A program made the position numbers and the translations under genes. Below are positions 32,500 through 46,799 of a stretch of DNA of 64,000 bases, piece by piece. Numbering within the stretch: the stretch's first letter is position 1; each line of letters starts with the position of its first letter. Below the pieces are notes generated by a model. It made no database searches, had not been told where the DNA came from, and saw only the letters and a list, made by a program, of their open reading frames with translations. Source of the DNA: Iphione sp. A-MEVVRFRX5 (Eukaryota); contig OZ320317.1 of NCBI GenBank assembly GCA_976226885.1, forward strand, positions 7,502,001-7,566,000, given 5' to 3'.

Positions 32500-33520
32500 T
32501 CCAAGAGAAGTTTTGCATACTCAGGTTCATGCAAATGAGTCAGTCTGTTGTTCATCAAATCCAGTGTGGTTAATCCATCTGTCTTCACAAAAGTAGGATA
32601 GCTGTTGAGATTTCTGTGTGTGCAACTTATTAATCTCCATACTGTCAAACATTCAGAGTGTAATCCACATTTGTATCCAGTGGTAGTTGTCACCAAACAA
32701 AAGAAAAAATAGAACCACATTATGACAAGTAGATAAATCTGTCTCTGTTCAAACACCTTTTCAAAAGCAGAAATGTCATTCAGTGCAGCTGGTCTTTTTA
32801 TAGATGCAAATGCTCTCTGACACAGTTGTTTAGCTACCTCTCTTTGATCATTTCTCTTTTTATCTTTTAATTTGCTATAATAATACCAGGAGGGAACTTT
32901 TTTCAGATGCAAGGCCTAGTCAGTAATGGATCCTTCAACAGTCTGAGAGGAAACTTGCCAATCCTCTGATGACATGAGCTTTAGCCCATTGCCTTGATTC
33001 TCAATTTCTACCATAGATGTCTTTTGTGGTATGGAATTACAGGGTCCCTCCACATAAGTGAAGTAACAAGCTGCTGCACCTTTTGGGGAGTTCTATGGTT
33101 GCAACATCAATACGAAATTCATCAGACATAGTCAAATCCTGATTGTTATTTAGTACATTCTCGATTGTTTTTATGACTTATCTGCATTCAACTGCTATAA
33201 GGGACAAAGAGGCACAATGACAGGATTGTCTAAGGCTGGATGATGAATGAAAATCCTTTTGAGATCATTGCCTACTAAGTTAACTCTGACCTCTCTAATG
33301 ATTCTGTCAAACATGTTATGGAGTAAGTCATACATATCTATAATCTGTGAGCCATGAAAGTCATTAAATTTTACCTCATATGTTGTATCGATGGCTCCAT
33401 TCTTTATGGAAGCTCTCTGATGTCTTCTCATGGTGTAGGGTGGTTCTGGTGCTAATGTTGGTGCATCAAACTGAAGCTTTCTCTTCTTCAATGGAAGTTC
33501 ATGAGCCACCAGGTCATCAG
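32500..33520 (-). mobile_element. Maverick/Polinton polB N-terminal region remnant, copy 1
   Basis: YEVKF...DLLHNMFDRIIREVR...DLKRIFIHHPALDNPVIVPL; YSKLKDKKRNDQREVAKQLCQRA...ALNDISAFE; a YFCE-like motif. Confidence 0.6.
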
Positions 33521-34989
33521 TGATTTGCCATTTTGATTAGATACAGTTTGATCCTAGTAAGCATTCCTTTCCCATTCTCCATCATCAAGGAAAGTATTCA
33601 TGAGCTCTTCAATTGAGTGAAAGTATAAAAGATACCAAAAGGAATGATAAATTTACTGTTCACTTTTTATGGTGATACATTTCAATGATCAAGATGTAAT
33701 CATAATTTGACCAATATGGATAGAGTAATAACTTGGAAAATAGTAGTCTGACAACCATACCTCTGATAAATGTTCTTGAAGATCCTCACACATCTTGTTT
33801 TGATCTCGTAGTGACTCCCTACAATCATCTGCCAACTTGGTAGGAGTCTGGAACAGCATAGCAGCAAAGAAACGTCCTTCCTTTTTTTTGTAAACAAAGA
33901 CACATAGTGCTGGATTTCAGTTAGGCTCATGGGCGAATGAATTAGCCACGTTTCATTCATACCCATATATTTCTGTAAATATAGGTTAGGTAGGATAAAC
34001 ATGACAAACACACCAATTTCAAACCTGTCATTTTTAAAAAGAAACATATATGTATGTCTGTGTGTAGATCTTTTACGTTGTCTTCATCCATTGTATGCTT
34101 CGTGAGCTATTCCACCGATTTTTATCAGGTCTTCCAGATAAATCATGTTATATGGGGAGAAACCCTTAATGTGAAAAATAATTCATGAAGCAACCATTTC
34201 TTCAATATAGTGGAGGTAAATATTATAGAAGAGTGGCGCTATAAAAAGGTCAACTGTACCTCATGAACAGAAGGATTGAATATGTCATCCACATCCATCA
34301 CATTCAACATGTCAAGCACATTTTGGTTAAACTCTTCTAGAGTGTCTGAGGACGTGGAATAACTTATGTGAGAAACATAATTTGTATTGTAGGGTAGGTG
34401 TAGTAAATGTCAGAGAAAAGACCACTCCTAATCATCGTATCAACATGATTCAAAGTTGTGTTGAAAGCTAAGAGTCTTCTCATTTTGAATATTGCACTGG
34501 TTGAGCTTATCTTTAGTGCTAATATCTGAAAACGGCGAGCAGATTCACAGATTGGCCACTGTGTGAGCGGCATAATGTATGTTTAAGGGTGGGTCTACTA
34601 AACTAGGTATAAAGACCACTTCTTATCAGACTCGACACCTGTAGCACCTTGTGATCATTGTGTATGGTTGGGTCACAAGGCAGCATCTATGTGGGCTGAG
34701 TTCAATCTTGCAACAGCATAGCTCAATCTGGGTCCCTACTGCTACTAACCATATTGGTTGTCCTTTCTGGAAGATCCTACTGTCTTCTGCACTGTTGTTT
34801 CCCTCTTCACTGTCAGAGTCTTCAGCACTGTCACTGTCACAATCAGAGTAGTCACTGTCGTCTTCATCTTTTCATCACTTCAGTCAACTTCAATGTTTGC
34901 CACACCATGATTCCATCCCTGCTTGAGGTATCTGCCCTGCCAACTTAAGGGCGCTCAGTGGCAGTATCTGGCAAACTGCATTCACATTG

Positions 34990-35690
34990 CTTCTAGTGTT
35001 TGTGTTGATCTCCTTAGAATTTGTGCAAGCAGTTCCAGGGCCTTTTCCACAGGCTGATCCTTCTTGCGACGTTTCTCCCCGTGCTTCTGTAATTTCTGCC
35101 TCAGACTTTTGATGGAAGATGGTGTTGTTTCACGTTGCATGACGTTGTGGAGAATGCAGGTGGCCATCACCATGTTTGTTACCACATCTGGGTCCACCCA
35201 TATTTTTGAGTGGTACACTTGCCAGCGTGTGGCAAAAACATCAAATGTGGACTCCAGCATACGCTGTGCCCTGGAAAGTCAGTTATTATATGCCGACCCA
35301 GTGGGGTCTATTGTCTTCCCTGGGTAGGGCCTCAGTAGATGCCAGAGCATGGGGAATGCAGCATCCCCAACAAAAACGTATGGGAGGGATCCAAGGTGTG
35401 GCTCATCTGGCAGCAACTCATCTGGTGGAAGATGCAGGTTATTGTCCTGAAGAGCAATACCAAAGGGGCAGTTTGCAAAGATCCCGACATTGCTATTGTG
35501 GCCATACAGACCAATCTGCACATACAAAAACTGAAAGCGGGAGTCCACAACTGACGCACTCTTTGGTGGTGCAAAGTGCAAAATGTGTTTGCCATCAATT
35601 GTCCCCAGGCAGTGAGGGAAGTTCCATTTATCTTCATAAAGTTTGTGGCCACTAACTTCCACTCCTCGCCTGTTGTGGGCATCTTCAGGT
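34990..35690 (-). pseudogene. PIF/Harbinger (HARBI1-like, DDE_Tnp_4) transposase remnant
   Basis: WNFPHCLGTIDGKHI...VFVGDAAFPMLWHLLRPYPG...YNN*LSRAQRMLESTFDVFATRWQV...ATCILHN. Confidence 0.9.
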
Positions 35691-36720
35691 TCCAGTGTGG
35701 TAAATCCATCTGTCTTCACAAAACTATTCCTGTGTTCAACTTATTAATCTCCATACTGGGAAACATTCACAATGTAATCCACATTTGCATCCAGTGGTAG
35801 TTGTCACCAAACAAAAAAAAAGATCCACATCATGACAAGAAGAAAACTCTGTCTCTGTTCAAGCAAATTTTCAAAAGCAGAAATGTCATTCAGTGCAGCT
35901 GGTCTTTTTGTAGATCCAAATGCTCTCTGACACAGTTCTTTAGCTAGCTTTCTTTGATAATGTCTCTTATCTTTTAATTTCTATAATGCCAGGAGGGAAC
36001 TTTTTTCAGATGCAAGACTTGGATGCTTCAACAGTCTGACAGGAAACTTGCAAATCCTCTGATGACACAATGTGATCTTTAGCCCACTGTCTTGATTCAC
36101 AATTTCTACCACAGATGCCTTTTGTGCTGTGGAATTACATTGTCCCTCTACACAAGTAATGTAACAATGCGCTGCAACTTTGGGGAATTCTATGGTTCCA
36201 ACATCAATCCGAAAGTCATCAGACATGGTCAAATCCTGATTGGGATTCGGTACATTTTTGATTGTTTTCATAAGTTAATCTGCATTCAACTGTGCGAAGG
36301 GACCAAGAATGATTGGATTGTCTAAGGGTTATCTGCATTCAACTGCTCGAACGGACCAAGAATAATTGGATTGTCTAAGGTTCAATGATGAATGAAAATC
36401 CTTCCGAGATCATTGCCTACCAACGTACCTCTTACCTCTCTAATGACTCTGTCAAACATGTCATGGAGTAAGTCATACATATCTGTAGTCTGAGTCATGA
36501 AAGTCGTTAAATTTTACCTCATGTCAAATCGATGGCTCCATTCTTCATGCAAATTCTGTGAAGTCTTATCATGGTGTAGGGTGGTTCTGGTGCTACTGGT
36601 GGTGCATGAAACTGAAGCTTCCTCTTCTTCAATGGAAGCGGTGGTGGTTGTGATGATGTATCGAAGGCCTCTCCTGAGCAGGCAGGTTGTCAGGTTGGTT
36701 CAAGTGAACGTTGGCTCCTG
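35690..36720 (-). mobile_element. Maverick/Polinton polB N-terminal region remnant, copy 2
   Basis: Diverged duplicate of 32560-33520, with DFRIDVGTIEFPK...SVVEIVNQD. Confidence 0.6.
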
Positions 36721-38889
36721 TTCTTGAAAGGACCTTTTTTCTTGGGAATGTGATGACCTCTGCCAGTCAGACTCAGCTGTGTTGATGTAAAGGAATAAAA
36801 GGAGACCTATAATAAAGATATGCTTTATTTATATAAAAACAAAGTTCTGTTCACCTTTAAATCATAGAATACATATTTAGTACCATGTTCATGAAACTCT
36901 AAAAAATTCAAAATGAAATTCTCTAACGTCTTAAAATCACCCCCTCCCCCCCTGTTCATAGGATACATTCTTAACTTGATCAATACCTTATTTTTTGCCT
37001 TGGTTGTTCCAATGATTGTGGTGCACTTGTACTCGATTGATCCCAGGGCTAGGCAGCAAGACGATTCTGTCAATTAAGAATCCATAAATATTTCTTAAAA
37101 GAGAGAGAACATAAGAAAATGTGATATGATGTACTTCATTCATTTGTTGAAGTGGCTGCCATTTTGGTGGTGGCACTTCATCAATACAAACATGCAGCTT
37201 CCTCATTTTCAAAGGAAGTGGTGGCTCATTTTTCTTCTGAACATCTTGCCACTCCTGTCCTTGATACAGGCATTGATGAGCTCTTGAATGTAATGTAAAT
37301 TAAGATATATTAATAAATAATGCTATACAGAATACAATCCACAAACAAGATCATGTCATGAAAATACATTCATGTAATAAAAATAAAGATATCTTTATCC
37401 ATCTACATGTAAATACCTACCTCTTCACTTGGTTGCTCCTTGTGCTCGTCAGTAGACACCACTGGATCATCCTCCCATTCACCATCGGCCATAAGGGCAT
37501 CAACCAATTCTTGGATAGACTGAAACAATGTAAGAACATTTTCTGTAAAGATGTATATCACACACACAAAAGAGAGAGGCAAAAAGTATTTAGAAATTTT
37601 TCCACCTCTTGATTGTCCACAATATGAAAAATGTTTTATTGTGTGGAATTCTCATTCATCATAATTTATAACAGAATAGTACATAGCAGTCTATTAGGAT
37701 ACATGCAAATTCAAGATTCCACATCTAGCAGGGATTTGCAAAGTGTGTGTGAAAAATAATTCAGGTAGGCGTGATGTTCACAAAATCAATCATAAAGCAT
37801 TTTTGGCTTGCCACAGCTCATCCTCATGCCATCATTTGCTTCACAGAGCTTGTTTTGGTTAACCATCCACCGTACCTTCCTCTGTTTTGGTGCAACCCTC
37901 TCTGTAATTGCTGCAGGAAATATACATTACATTTTTTTTCTCTGTGAGTGAAGTTTTTCTGAAAAAATCCTAGGTAGAAAAGAATACCTGTGGTAGCTTA
38001 AGGTAAAGCCAGTGAAGAAAGGTCCAGAGATGTGTCTCTGGTAGAGCCAAGCCAGAAAATGACAGATTCAAAACTGAGACCTCCAGAGCAACTCGTATCG
38101 CTGCCTTGAACATCTATTCAATTTGATATCACTTTTATCTGGAAGACACACCTGGACATCCCAGGTTCTCTTTGTTCATGACCAGGAGCTGCCCGCCGCA
38201 TTACAATCAGGTAAACCGCTGACTAATTGCAGGCACTTTTACTATAGGTAGTAGTGCTATAGCTCGTTGGAAAGACAGGTACATGTCTCTCTGCAAATGA
38301 ATCATCTCTTGAGAGACACATTCCTTGTCAATTTTCACCAAGACATCATCAATGTCTGTCATTCGCTGTTCCTGGTTCAACCAGTTCTGTAGGTTAAGGG
38401 TCACTCACTTCTCTGGGTGTGGTTGCCAGATATCTTGACTGACACCTATCCCCCATAGTCGGATGGACAGTGTACTATTGTTACAGGTCACCTTGACCCA
38501 ACTATCTTCTCCAGTATCGACACACAATGGAGAATTGATGATGCCCTCTCCCACATCATCTGCCGCAATTTCAGGATCATCCTCTTGTGAGGTGGAGAAC
38601 CCATCACAGCTTCAGTAGACATTGTGCGCTTCATTCTTAGTATCAATGTATAACTGCGTGTACCAATGTATAGCAATGACAATACTGCATCACAAAGCAA
38701 CAAATGCAACCTACCTGAACCAATGACATTTGAAAAGCAGGGATGGTAGGCTGAATACTGTCAATATTGGCAAAAGAATGTCATACTTGTATCATACTCC
38801 ACATTATATGGTCCTAACTCCGTAGCTACTCAGGGAAAAAACTAGGGAAAACTAGGAATATATTGACAAGAACCAGTGCACACACCTGT

Positions 38890-39080
38890 AAGATCAGGTA
38901 AGTGCACCTCTGCTGCTATCGTTGCCCACGCCTGGACAATTTTTACTGTGTCCTTGCGATCGGACCTGCTGGAGTCGTATAAGACACTGCGATGTTCAAC
39001 TGCTTTAATGAAAATGTCTAGCATATTATCTGAACATTGTGTTAGTGGATCCGGACAGTGTGGCATTCCTGAATGACGTG
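38890..39080 (-). pseudogene. MADF/Myb-SANT-like domain fragment (Harbinger partner type)
   Basis: FIKAVEHRSVLYDSSRSDRKDTVKIVQAWATIAAEV. Confidence 0.65.
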
Positions 39081-40896
39081 GCATTGTTGATTTTCCCATG
39101 AACAATACAAGTAAATACAAAAACGACTGGGTCTGGTCCAGGCGGGACACAAGGAGGTCGTAAACACAAAAAAATGTGTCAGTCGTGCAAGATATTGTGA
39201 CCATGTGATGCCAACATGTCCCAGTTAGTGCCAAAGAAGTACTCGTCTGCGGGAAGACTGGATAAACACCGATTGATGCTACACACTCGGATCCGGCACC
39301 GTGAAATATGTAAGCATGTGTCGGGACTATTAAAATTTACTTCTGTCAGACTTCCCAGAGTCCTGGCCCCGTGTGTGTTTGGGAATAATACATATGTATG
39401 GAAAGACCACCTTAGGGTTAATGAGCATTGATTTGGTGTTAACAGCAGCCGTCACTGGATCTGATTTGATCTGATGATCAGTTAGTCTTAATACATATAC
39501 ATCTATGATGACCAAAATGATATTCCATTTGCTCTAAAGTTAGAAAGCAGTTTTTGTTATTTGATCTCTATGAACATGATAATTGATAACGCAACCTTTT
39601 ATATAAGGAGCTCTGAAGTTTGAATAGTGTAATGGTGATTGTAATATATACATTTGTTTACTATCATAGTTGTATGCACCACATAAGGAAGTTGTGGTGA
39701 AACCTGCTTGCAGATTCAATGTATTGTATAGAATGTACAAAACAAAATAAAGATTTATAATGATAATATCCCAGAGATGCAAGGGTATTACCTGCTTTAA
39801 ACCAGGAGTATGTTCTTTTCTGTGGAGTACACGATGCTATTGATTGTGGTGTAGCTGGAATCTGTCTTGCTTGCTACCTTTATTCTGATGTACCGGAATA
39901 CTTGTGTAACTATCAGTGCAATGTCAGCAGCAGCCGTTACACAACCATTTCACAGTTTCACATTTGACAGTCAGTCACAGTTGCACTTTCCCCTTATTTG
40001 ATTCAATGAATTGACTTGCATATGCGTATACAGCTACTTAATACAATTCCAATGGAAAATGTGGAAATAATTTGCCATGTCCTCTGTGCTATAAAGGGGA
40101 AGGCCCAACTGAAAAATAAATGATCCATAAGGAATGCAAGGCAAGAAGTTTTAAAAAGTTGGTCTATATGGTGGGCTCAATTAAAAATATGGTAGGCATA
40201 CAGTAAGTGAGGGTGAATAGTGTTTCCGACTAGTATAATTAATGTCATCCAAAATTTGTGGAATGTAAGCATAAAATATGAACAGGAGGGGATTTTTGCT
40301 TGGCTTGGTGTGGGACAAACTATAATTGATTCATATAAAAATATGACATGCTATATATTTCACAACGTTTTTTTGGAGAAATGCAATTTAGTAATTATAG
40401 GAAATGAAAATATGCAGGTTTGATTTATGATAATACGGTAAAGTGGATATATAATACCAACTTATTAATACAAAGTGATAAAGGATCTTCTTAATCAGAA
40501 TCCTGAGTAAGGAATAAATTTACACAAGTGAGAAATCAAACAACAGGACTTTCAAAGCGGATGCACAAGAACACTTCTAATTCCCTTAGATGCAAATTAG
40601 CTATACCTGTTCAGTGCTTTGATCTTGGCTGTATCCATGTCCCTATGGGGATAGACAGTGGTCACAGTCACTTTCACGTACTTGGACTGAAACTGTTGGA
40701 AATATATGCTTTTAATCAAAATTACATTATATGAGGCATACACTTACTTTGCTCCCAAAGGACAGTCATAAATTTGGCAGCATAATGACAAATCTCATGA
40801 GACTTGTATTGCAACATCTGTGTTCATGGCATGATGCGATACCTTTGACAGTATGTTTAAGTGACAGGCTACATACATAATTTTCTGCAAGTCACA

Positions 40897-41790
40897 CTAC
40901 CAATAATATAATGGACTTTTACTCACTTCTCCAACCAGTTTCTGTAAATGATCAAAGACAGTCTCAGGGGCCTTCCTCCAGTGCAGGTCATTGCCAGCTA
41001 GAGCAATGATGATATGGTTCTCTGGGTCCTCTGGTAATGTAGTATCCATTACTGTGAGGCCTGGCTCAGAGGCGTCATAGAAACCTACAGTTCCCAGCCA
41101 GGCCAAAATCGAATCACCCTATATAGCAGTCATCTGCAACAAATATTAGGAAGTGCTATAGTACATGAGGTTTTCATAGTAAAGGTGTGAATAAAATGAA
41201 GAGACGGAGAGAGACAGACATACAGAGGAACAGTGGAGAGACAGAGAGACACAGGAAGGGAGACAGAAATGTGAAGAGACAGAGACAGAGGACAAACATG
41301 GAAAGACGTGGGAGACACAGATATATATCAATATGGCTTACTGGGTCCTCTGGTAATGTGGCATGCATTACTGTGAGACCTCGCTCAGCTCTAGGTGTTG
41401 TAGAAACCTACAGTTCCTAGCTGGGCCAAAATGGAATCACCGAATATAGCAGTCATCTGCAACAAATATTAGGAAGTGCTATAGTACATAAGGTTTCAGG
41501 GAAAACGTGTGAATAAAATGTAGACAGGGAGAGACAGAGACATACATACAGAGGAACATGGAGAGACAGAAAGAAGCAGGAAGGGAGACAAATGTGAGAG
41601 ACAGAGAGACGGAAAGACATGGGAGACACATATATATCTATATGGCTCACTGGGTCCTTTGGTAATGTAGTGTGCGTTACTGTGAGGCGTGGCTCAGAGG
41701 CATAGAAACCTACAGTTTCCAGCCGGGCCAAAATGGAATACCCAATATAGCAGTCATCTGCAACAAATATTAGGATGTACATAAGGTTTT
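40897..41790 (-). repeat. Three tandem ~300-320-bp copies of an SGNH/GDSL-esterase-like exon start, separated by CT-rich spacers
   Basis: ttgttgcAG-ATG at 41133, 41456 and 41757. Consensus MTAIFGDSILAxLGTVGFY...PGLTV; the last copy extends to IIIALAGNDL. Confidence 0.5.
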
Positions 41791-42139
41791 CAGAGAAAGG
41801 TGTGAATAAAATGTAGACGGAGAGAGACAGACAGACATAAAGAGGAACAGAAACAGGAAGGAAGACAGAAATGTTTCGAGACAGAGATAGATTGGCAAAC
41901 ATGGAAAGACATGGGAGACACAGATATATATCTATAAAGAGGTAAAGAAATTGGGTAATAGGGGTGTCAAGGTAGGCACATACTAGTTTGTACAGTCTGT
42001 CTGAACAGTGTGGGAGAGGAAAGAACAAATATCTTTGACACATACATAGGGTGGTAGGGGTGTCAAGGTAGGCAGATACTAGTCTATGCAGTCTAAGTGT
42101 TGTAAAGGAGGGAATGAATATTTTTTGCACATACCTAGG

Positions 42140-42650
42140 GTACCACCCACATACATGATAGGAGTGTGAGATTGATGAAGTACTACCACCCACATACGAT
42201 AGGAGTGTGAGGTATATGAGACTTCTACCACTCACATATGATAGGAGTGTGGGGTTGATGCGACAACTACCACTCATACATGATAGGAGTTTGAAGCATA
42301 TGAGACTTCTACCAGTCATACATGATAGGAGTGTGGGGTATGTGGAACTACTACAACCCACATATGATAGGAGTGTGAGGTTGATGAAGTACTACCACCC
42401 ATACATGATAGGAGTGTGAGGTATATGAGACTTCTACCACTCACATTTGACAGGAGTGAGGGGAATATGAGACCATTTATCTACATAGATGATATGAGTG
42501 TGAGGTATATGAGACTTCTAACACCCATATATGATAGGAGTGTGAGGTTGATGAGAGTACTAACACCCATACATGATAGGAGTGTGGGGCAGATGAGACT
42601 TCTACCACTCATATATGATAGGGGTGTGGGCTTTATGAGACCATTAACCA
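42140..42650. repeat. Tandem repeat of about 39 bp (catacatgataggagtgtgaggtatatgagacttctacc...)
   Basis: The unit recurs about 13 times. Confidence 0.9.
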
Positions 42651-42699
42651 ATTTGTTTTGTAAAGCTGGATGCTTTGATAATTATCCTGGAAACTAATA

Positions 42700-42775
42700 T
42701 CTAGTTTTCTTACTTATATATATCTAGTTTTCTTACTTATATATATCTTATAAATATCTAGTTTTCTTACTTGTA
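42700..42775. repeat. Short tandem repeat (atatatctagttttcttactt), 3-4 copies
   Basis: Direct inspection. Confidence 0.75.
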
Positions 42776-43806
42776 TAGAACAGATAACTCGCTGAGGGCA
42801 TTTTCGTGTAATAGTTGGTTTATTATTAATAAAATGATTTCAAAAACTGTTGCCCAGATAACAAAATGTTTCCCATCTTCTTTACATTAGCACTTATCTT
42901 ATTCATTGCAAACTAGCCATGTAGCTTCTTACATTTTGGAGTAAATTCCAGCCTGCTGATGTTGTTCCATGTTTCATGCTCAACATCTAATACTGTGTTA
43001 ACTGCACATAGTAGCATGGTCCTCTTTTAAATACAGATTGGTATGTAATCGTTGGCTCCCTTCCTAGAGACACAAGTCCATCTTTGGAACTATGAAATAC
43101 ACACAAGCCTCTACAAAGAGACAGACATGCATAATCATTTACATTGCATGACAGGCAACCCACTACACTGCAAAAAGGGCATTCATTGTGGGAAACTCTG
43201 ATGAACTTTACACAGCTGCTAAGAGCCCACAAACTTCAAAAAAGACTAAAGCTAAACATTTATCTAGAGGGTATACCTTGAAAGGTACTCATTGCCCTAT
43301 TATGGACATCAACCAGAAGTAGCCTGTTGGCCCACCACATAATATGAGGGAGAACCATGAGACACCCTCTGTGGTAACAACCCAACACATAACTAGCAAT
43401 GTTCTCCTGTCTGAATCAGTGAAATCAAGAGAGATGTACACTCTTTCATGACTGAACTATGATGCCTTTAGAATCTTAGGGAATACCTAATCGGTGCATG
43501 AACAGGCCCCTCACGAATAACATCATCAACAAACACAGCTGCTACAATAGGGTAACAGTACAATTTATGGGAACAAATGGTTTGTAAATATTGTGTCCAG
43601 CTAGACAAAAGTAGAGAGTTCATTTGTACCACCAAGTCCAGATTTGATATAATGCAATGTGGTAAACCCATCATTACATCTGACAAACATATGAAATATG
43701 ATTTATATAGGGCATCAGTTTTGTTTTATTGACCATCAGTTGGCCATCATAATATTTGATTGGTGTCTGGACTTCAAAATTCTTCATCTATCATATGACA
43801 TCTTGC

Positions 43807-45370
43807 TTACAACATCATTTCAGCTGCCATGGCTTGCATTGCTTCTTCCTTCTTGCCTGTCATCTCATTCCAAATATCAATAAAGAACTGTAAATAAAAG
43901 ACAAAGTGGACCTTATTCATAGATCTGGCACTGTACTTGATTTTCTGAATGTATGAATTGAACTGTTCACACACCTCACTGTTGATGCCACTTTCCAAAG
44001 ATGCCAATCTGGTGGACTTGTACACAAAGGGGCATTTGTGGGAAAATCCATGAAAAATATGGAAAAAGTGGTACTCCTTCCAAAATGCTGGTTCTCTGTT
44101 GAGGCAATATTCCTCCAGCTGACAACTAAAATCATGAAAAAGCTCACTGGGTGGCTCTTCCAAGTAAAGGAAGGCTGATGATGCTGGGTGTTTCCTTCCT
44201 TCACTGCCAGTTATGGTATGAAAGCCATAGCAATGCCCATGTAAGGGGCAAAACCAAAGGAATAGACAAGTAACCCTATTCTTGGTTGCCTCCTTGAAAA
44301 CTTCCTGGCATCTGCTGGATGTTTCACTTTCCTTTGATAGTCTATACTGTGGGAGGTCACACACTCTGCCTCCATGTTTCGTGAAATAATATGCTTTTCC
44401 TGATTTTATGGGGTTGTAGTCTCCCAGACGACGAGCTGGTTGAGGATGTGGGTCATTTTGATGGACATCTTCAGCGTTGCCAATTAATGTAGCAAAGAAA
44501 TCCACAAAAGGTGTTAGTTCTCTGGATGTCATGGCCTTCTCCAGAAGACAAAATATTTCTTTGAGGTCCTTTTGCAGATCGTAGATTGATTCCTGGTGGG
44601 ACTGGAGTTTCAGGATCAATGGAAAAAATCTTACATTGATCAGGGAGGTGATGGGAGATGTAGAACCCAGTACCTCCATAATTGGGTTCAACTTGGCCAT
44701 AACATTTTGGTTGTATTCAAATTGTAGATATTTTCTGAATACCTCTCCCATTTCAGGTGGAATACACTTGAGGATAATTTCTTTTCTCTCATTTTCGTTC
44801 CTCCTCAGTTCAGCTTCATTCTTTGCATTGGTTTTTTTCCATGTCTGGATGTTGCTTGTGTACTTTGCTGCATAATACAGGAGATCAGACTGTGCTTGTC
44901 TCATAGGGTCTCTTATTTCATCTTTGAATAAGCAAAGAGCCTAGAGGTTGTTCGCTGTCCAGGCATTTCAGGCTCCACAGCAGTTGTAGGATGTTCCATT
45001 GGACTGATATCGGCAAATCGCAGGAAGATGCCCAGCTTAGTGCCATCACATGCAAGGACCTTTGGATTTGTCCCACAGCTTTGACACTGCTTTCTGAAGT
45101 CTTTTCTGAAATTGGCCATCCATGAGAAGATCCAATTTACAAAAATTTGACGGCTCATGAAGTTGGCTTTGGTGTAATATCTGTGACCTGTTATGGAACA
45201 GTAGGCAGAACAAGAGACTCATGCCACTTTAACATGATTGATGAAGTCCCAACCAACTTCATCACCTGCTGCTGTCTGGCTAGAGAGGAAGTGAATGGCA
45301 TCCTGCTCACCAGTATAGACTACTCTACACTCATCATTCTCTTGCAGACACTCTCGGTTGTGCACCTAAA
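43807..45370 (-). pseudogene. KDZ/Zisupton-like transposase (one frameshift near 44910)
   Basis: AGDEVGWDF; CQSCGTNPKVLACDGTKLG; WFCPLHGHCYGFH...EGRK; FHDFSCQLEEYCLNREP; FHGFSHKC; NSEVCEQFNS. Confidence 0.65.
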
Positions 45371-46579
45371 GAAATAGTCATATTGAAGAAAACTAAATAA
45401 CAACCATGTACATAAATGAAAACAACAAATATGGAAAAAGTGGTGGTACATGAATACCTGACTTTCATTGGCAGGTGGCCAACAATGACAGCATCTTTTT
45501 TATTGGTAGTCTGCCATATTTTAGTAGACAAGAATGAAGAATGGGGGGGCTGGTAGTAAGATGTTATAAACTGTCTCATGGATAGTGGCATGGCGGCGAT
45601 GGTCGTGGCGGTCCTGGTAGACCTAGCCAGGGCCCCTACCGGGTCAACTGCCCTCTCCTCTTGCCGGCTTAAGGTTGTAGGCTGGATCCCTGGGATCCAG
45701 CCCATACTGTGCCATCTGGAAGAATGCAATAGGTTATTACACATACACTGTACCCAATAAAAATCCATGAGGTAATAATAGTACACTAAAGGCAAACAGG
45801 TAGGCACTGTGGGATGGTGCAACTACATGTCAAAAGCAGTCTACTGCTGCCTAATTTACAAATTAGATCACTTGAATAGGTCAAATGCAGGGGGTAGTAC
45901 AGTACAATAATACTACAGTATTACAGTAAAGTTAAATTTGAACCAAAGTACACTATTGCATCCAGTGCTACAGCAATAGTACAGCATTGCAATGCATACA
46001 AGACAGGAGGTAGCCGAATACATGCTGAACAGCAGCCCTTGATACCTACCTTGGTGAATCTGGGTTTTGTTGATTTCTTGACTAGCTCTAGGTGTCAGCA
46101 GAAAGCAAGCACAATTGATCATCAAAATAATCACTTAAATGAAGCTAAAACTCATGCAAATGTTAGTCTACTAGTGCTATAGGGATTCATAAACAAGTAT
46201 ACAGCAAACACATGGATGAAATCAAGGCAGTGACTGAAATGGAAGCAAAAAATTGCATCAGAAAGCACACAGCATCTCCATACCTGCAAATAGCTGACCA
46301 TGAAGTAGAAAGGTTGAACCCTTGCATTTGAAGACAACATGAAGCATCTAGACAACTTGGCTTGTCCTCGAAGATTTGCGTTGTCGAGTATGGACATATT
46401 TCTAGGAAATGATATGGCCACACCAGGCTCAGTGTCCTTAGGCCGGACAGATTCAGTAAATTGAAAAGCGATATGTCCAAACTCGACATCTGTGTGTACC
46501 TTATGACCAATTTATAGTTTTCTACCAATGTTATATCAGTTTGGACAGATTATATTTTGCACAGACAAACTCACCTGAG

Positions 46580-46740
46580 GCTTCCACTCCTACTTCGCGC
46601 ACGATGGCGTCCCATGCTTTTGCTTGTTTAACGAGGTCTTTGTAGTCCCTTCTGGACTGATCATAGAGGCATAGGCCTTTTTCCACTGCTTTGATAAGAC
46701 CATCGACATGTGCTGTTTTTGCGCACAGATTCTTTGTGGT
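46580..46740 (-). pseudogene. Second MADF-domain fragment
   Basis: LIKAVEKGLCLYDQSRRDYKDLVKQAKAWDAIVREVG. Confidence 0.65.
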
Positions 46741-46799
46741 AGGCATGTTGCCAAATTCATCCAAACACTGCTGATTTTGTCTGACCTCCCTTGAAAATG

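Noticed and set aside
41453-42361. 302-aa minus-strand ORF
   Set aside because: It is composed of tandem repeats and CT microsatellite, so it is open by chance.
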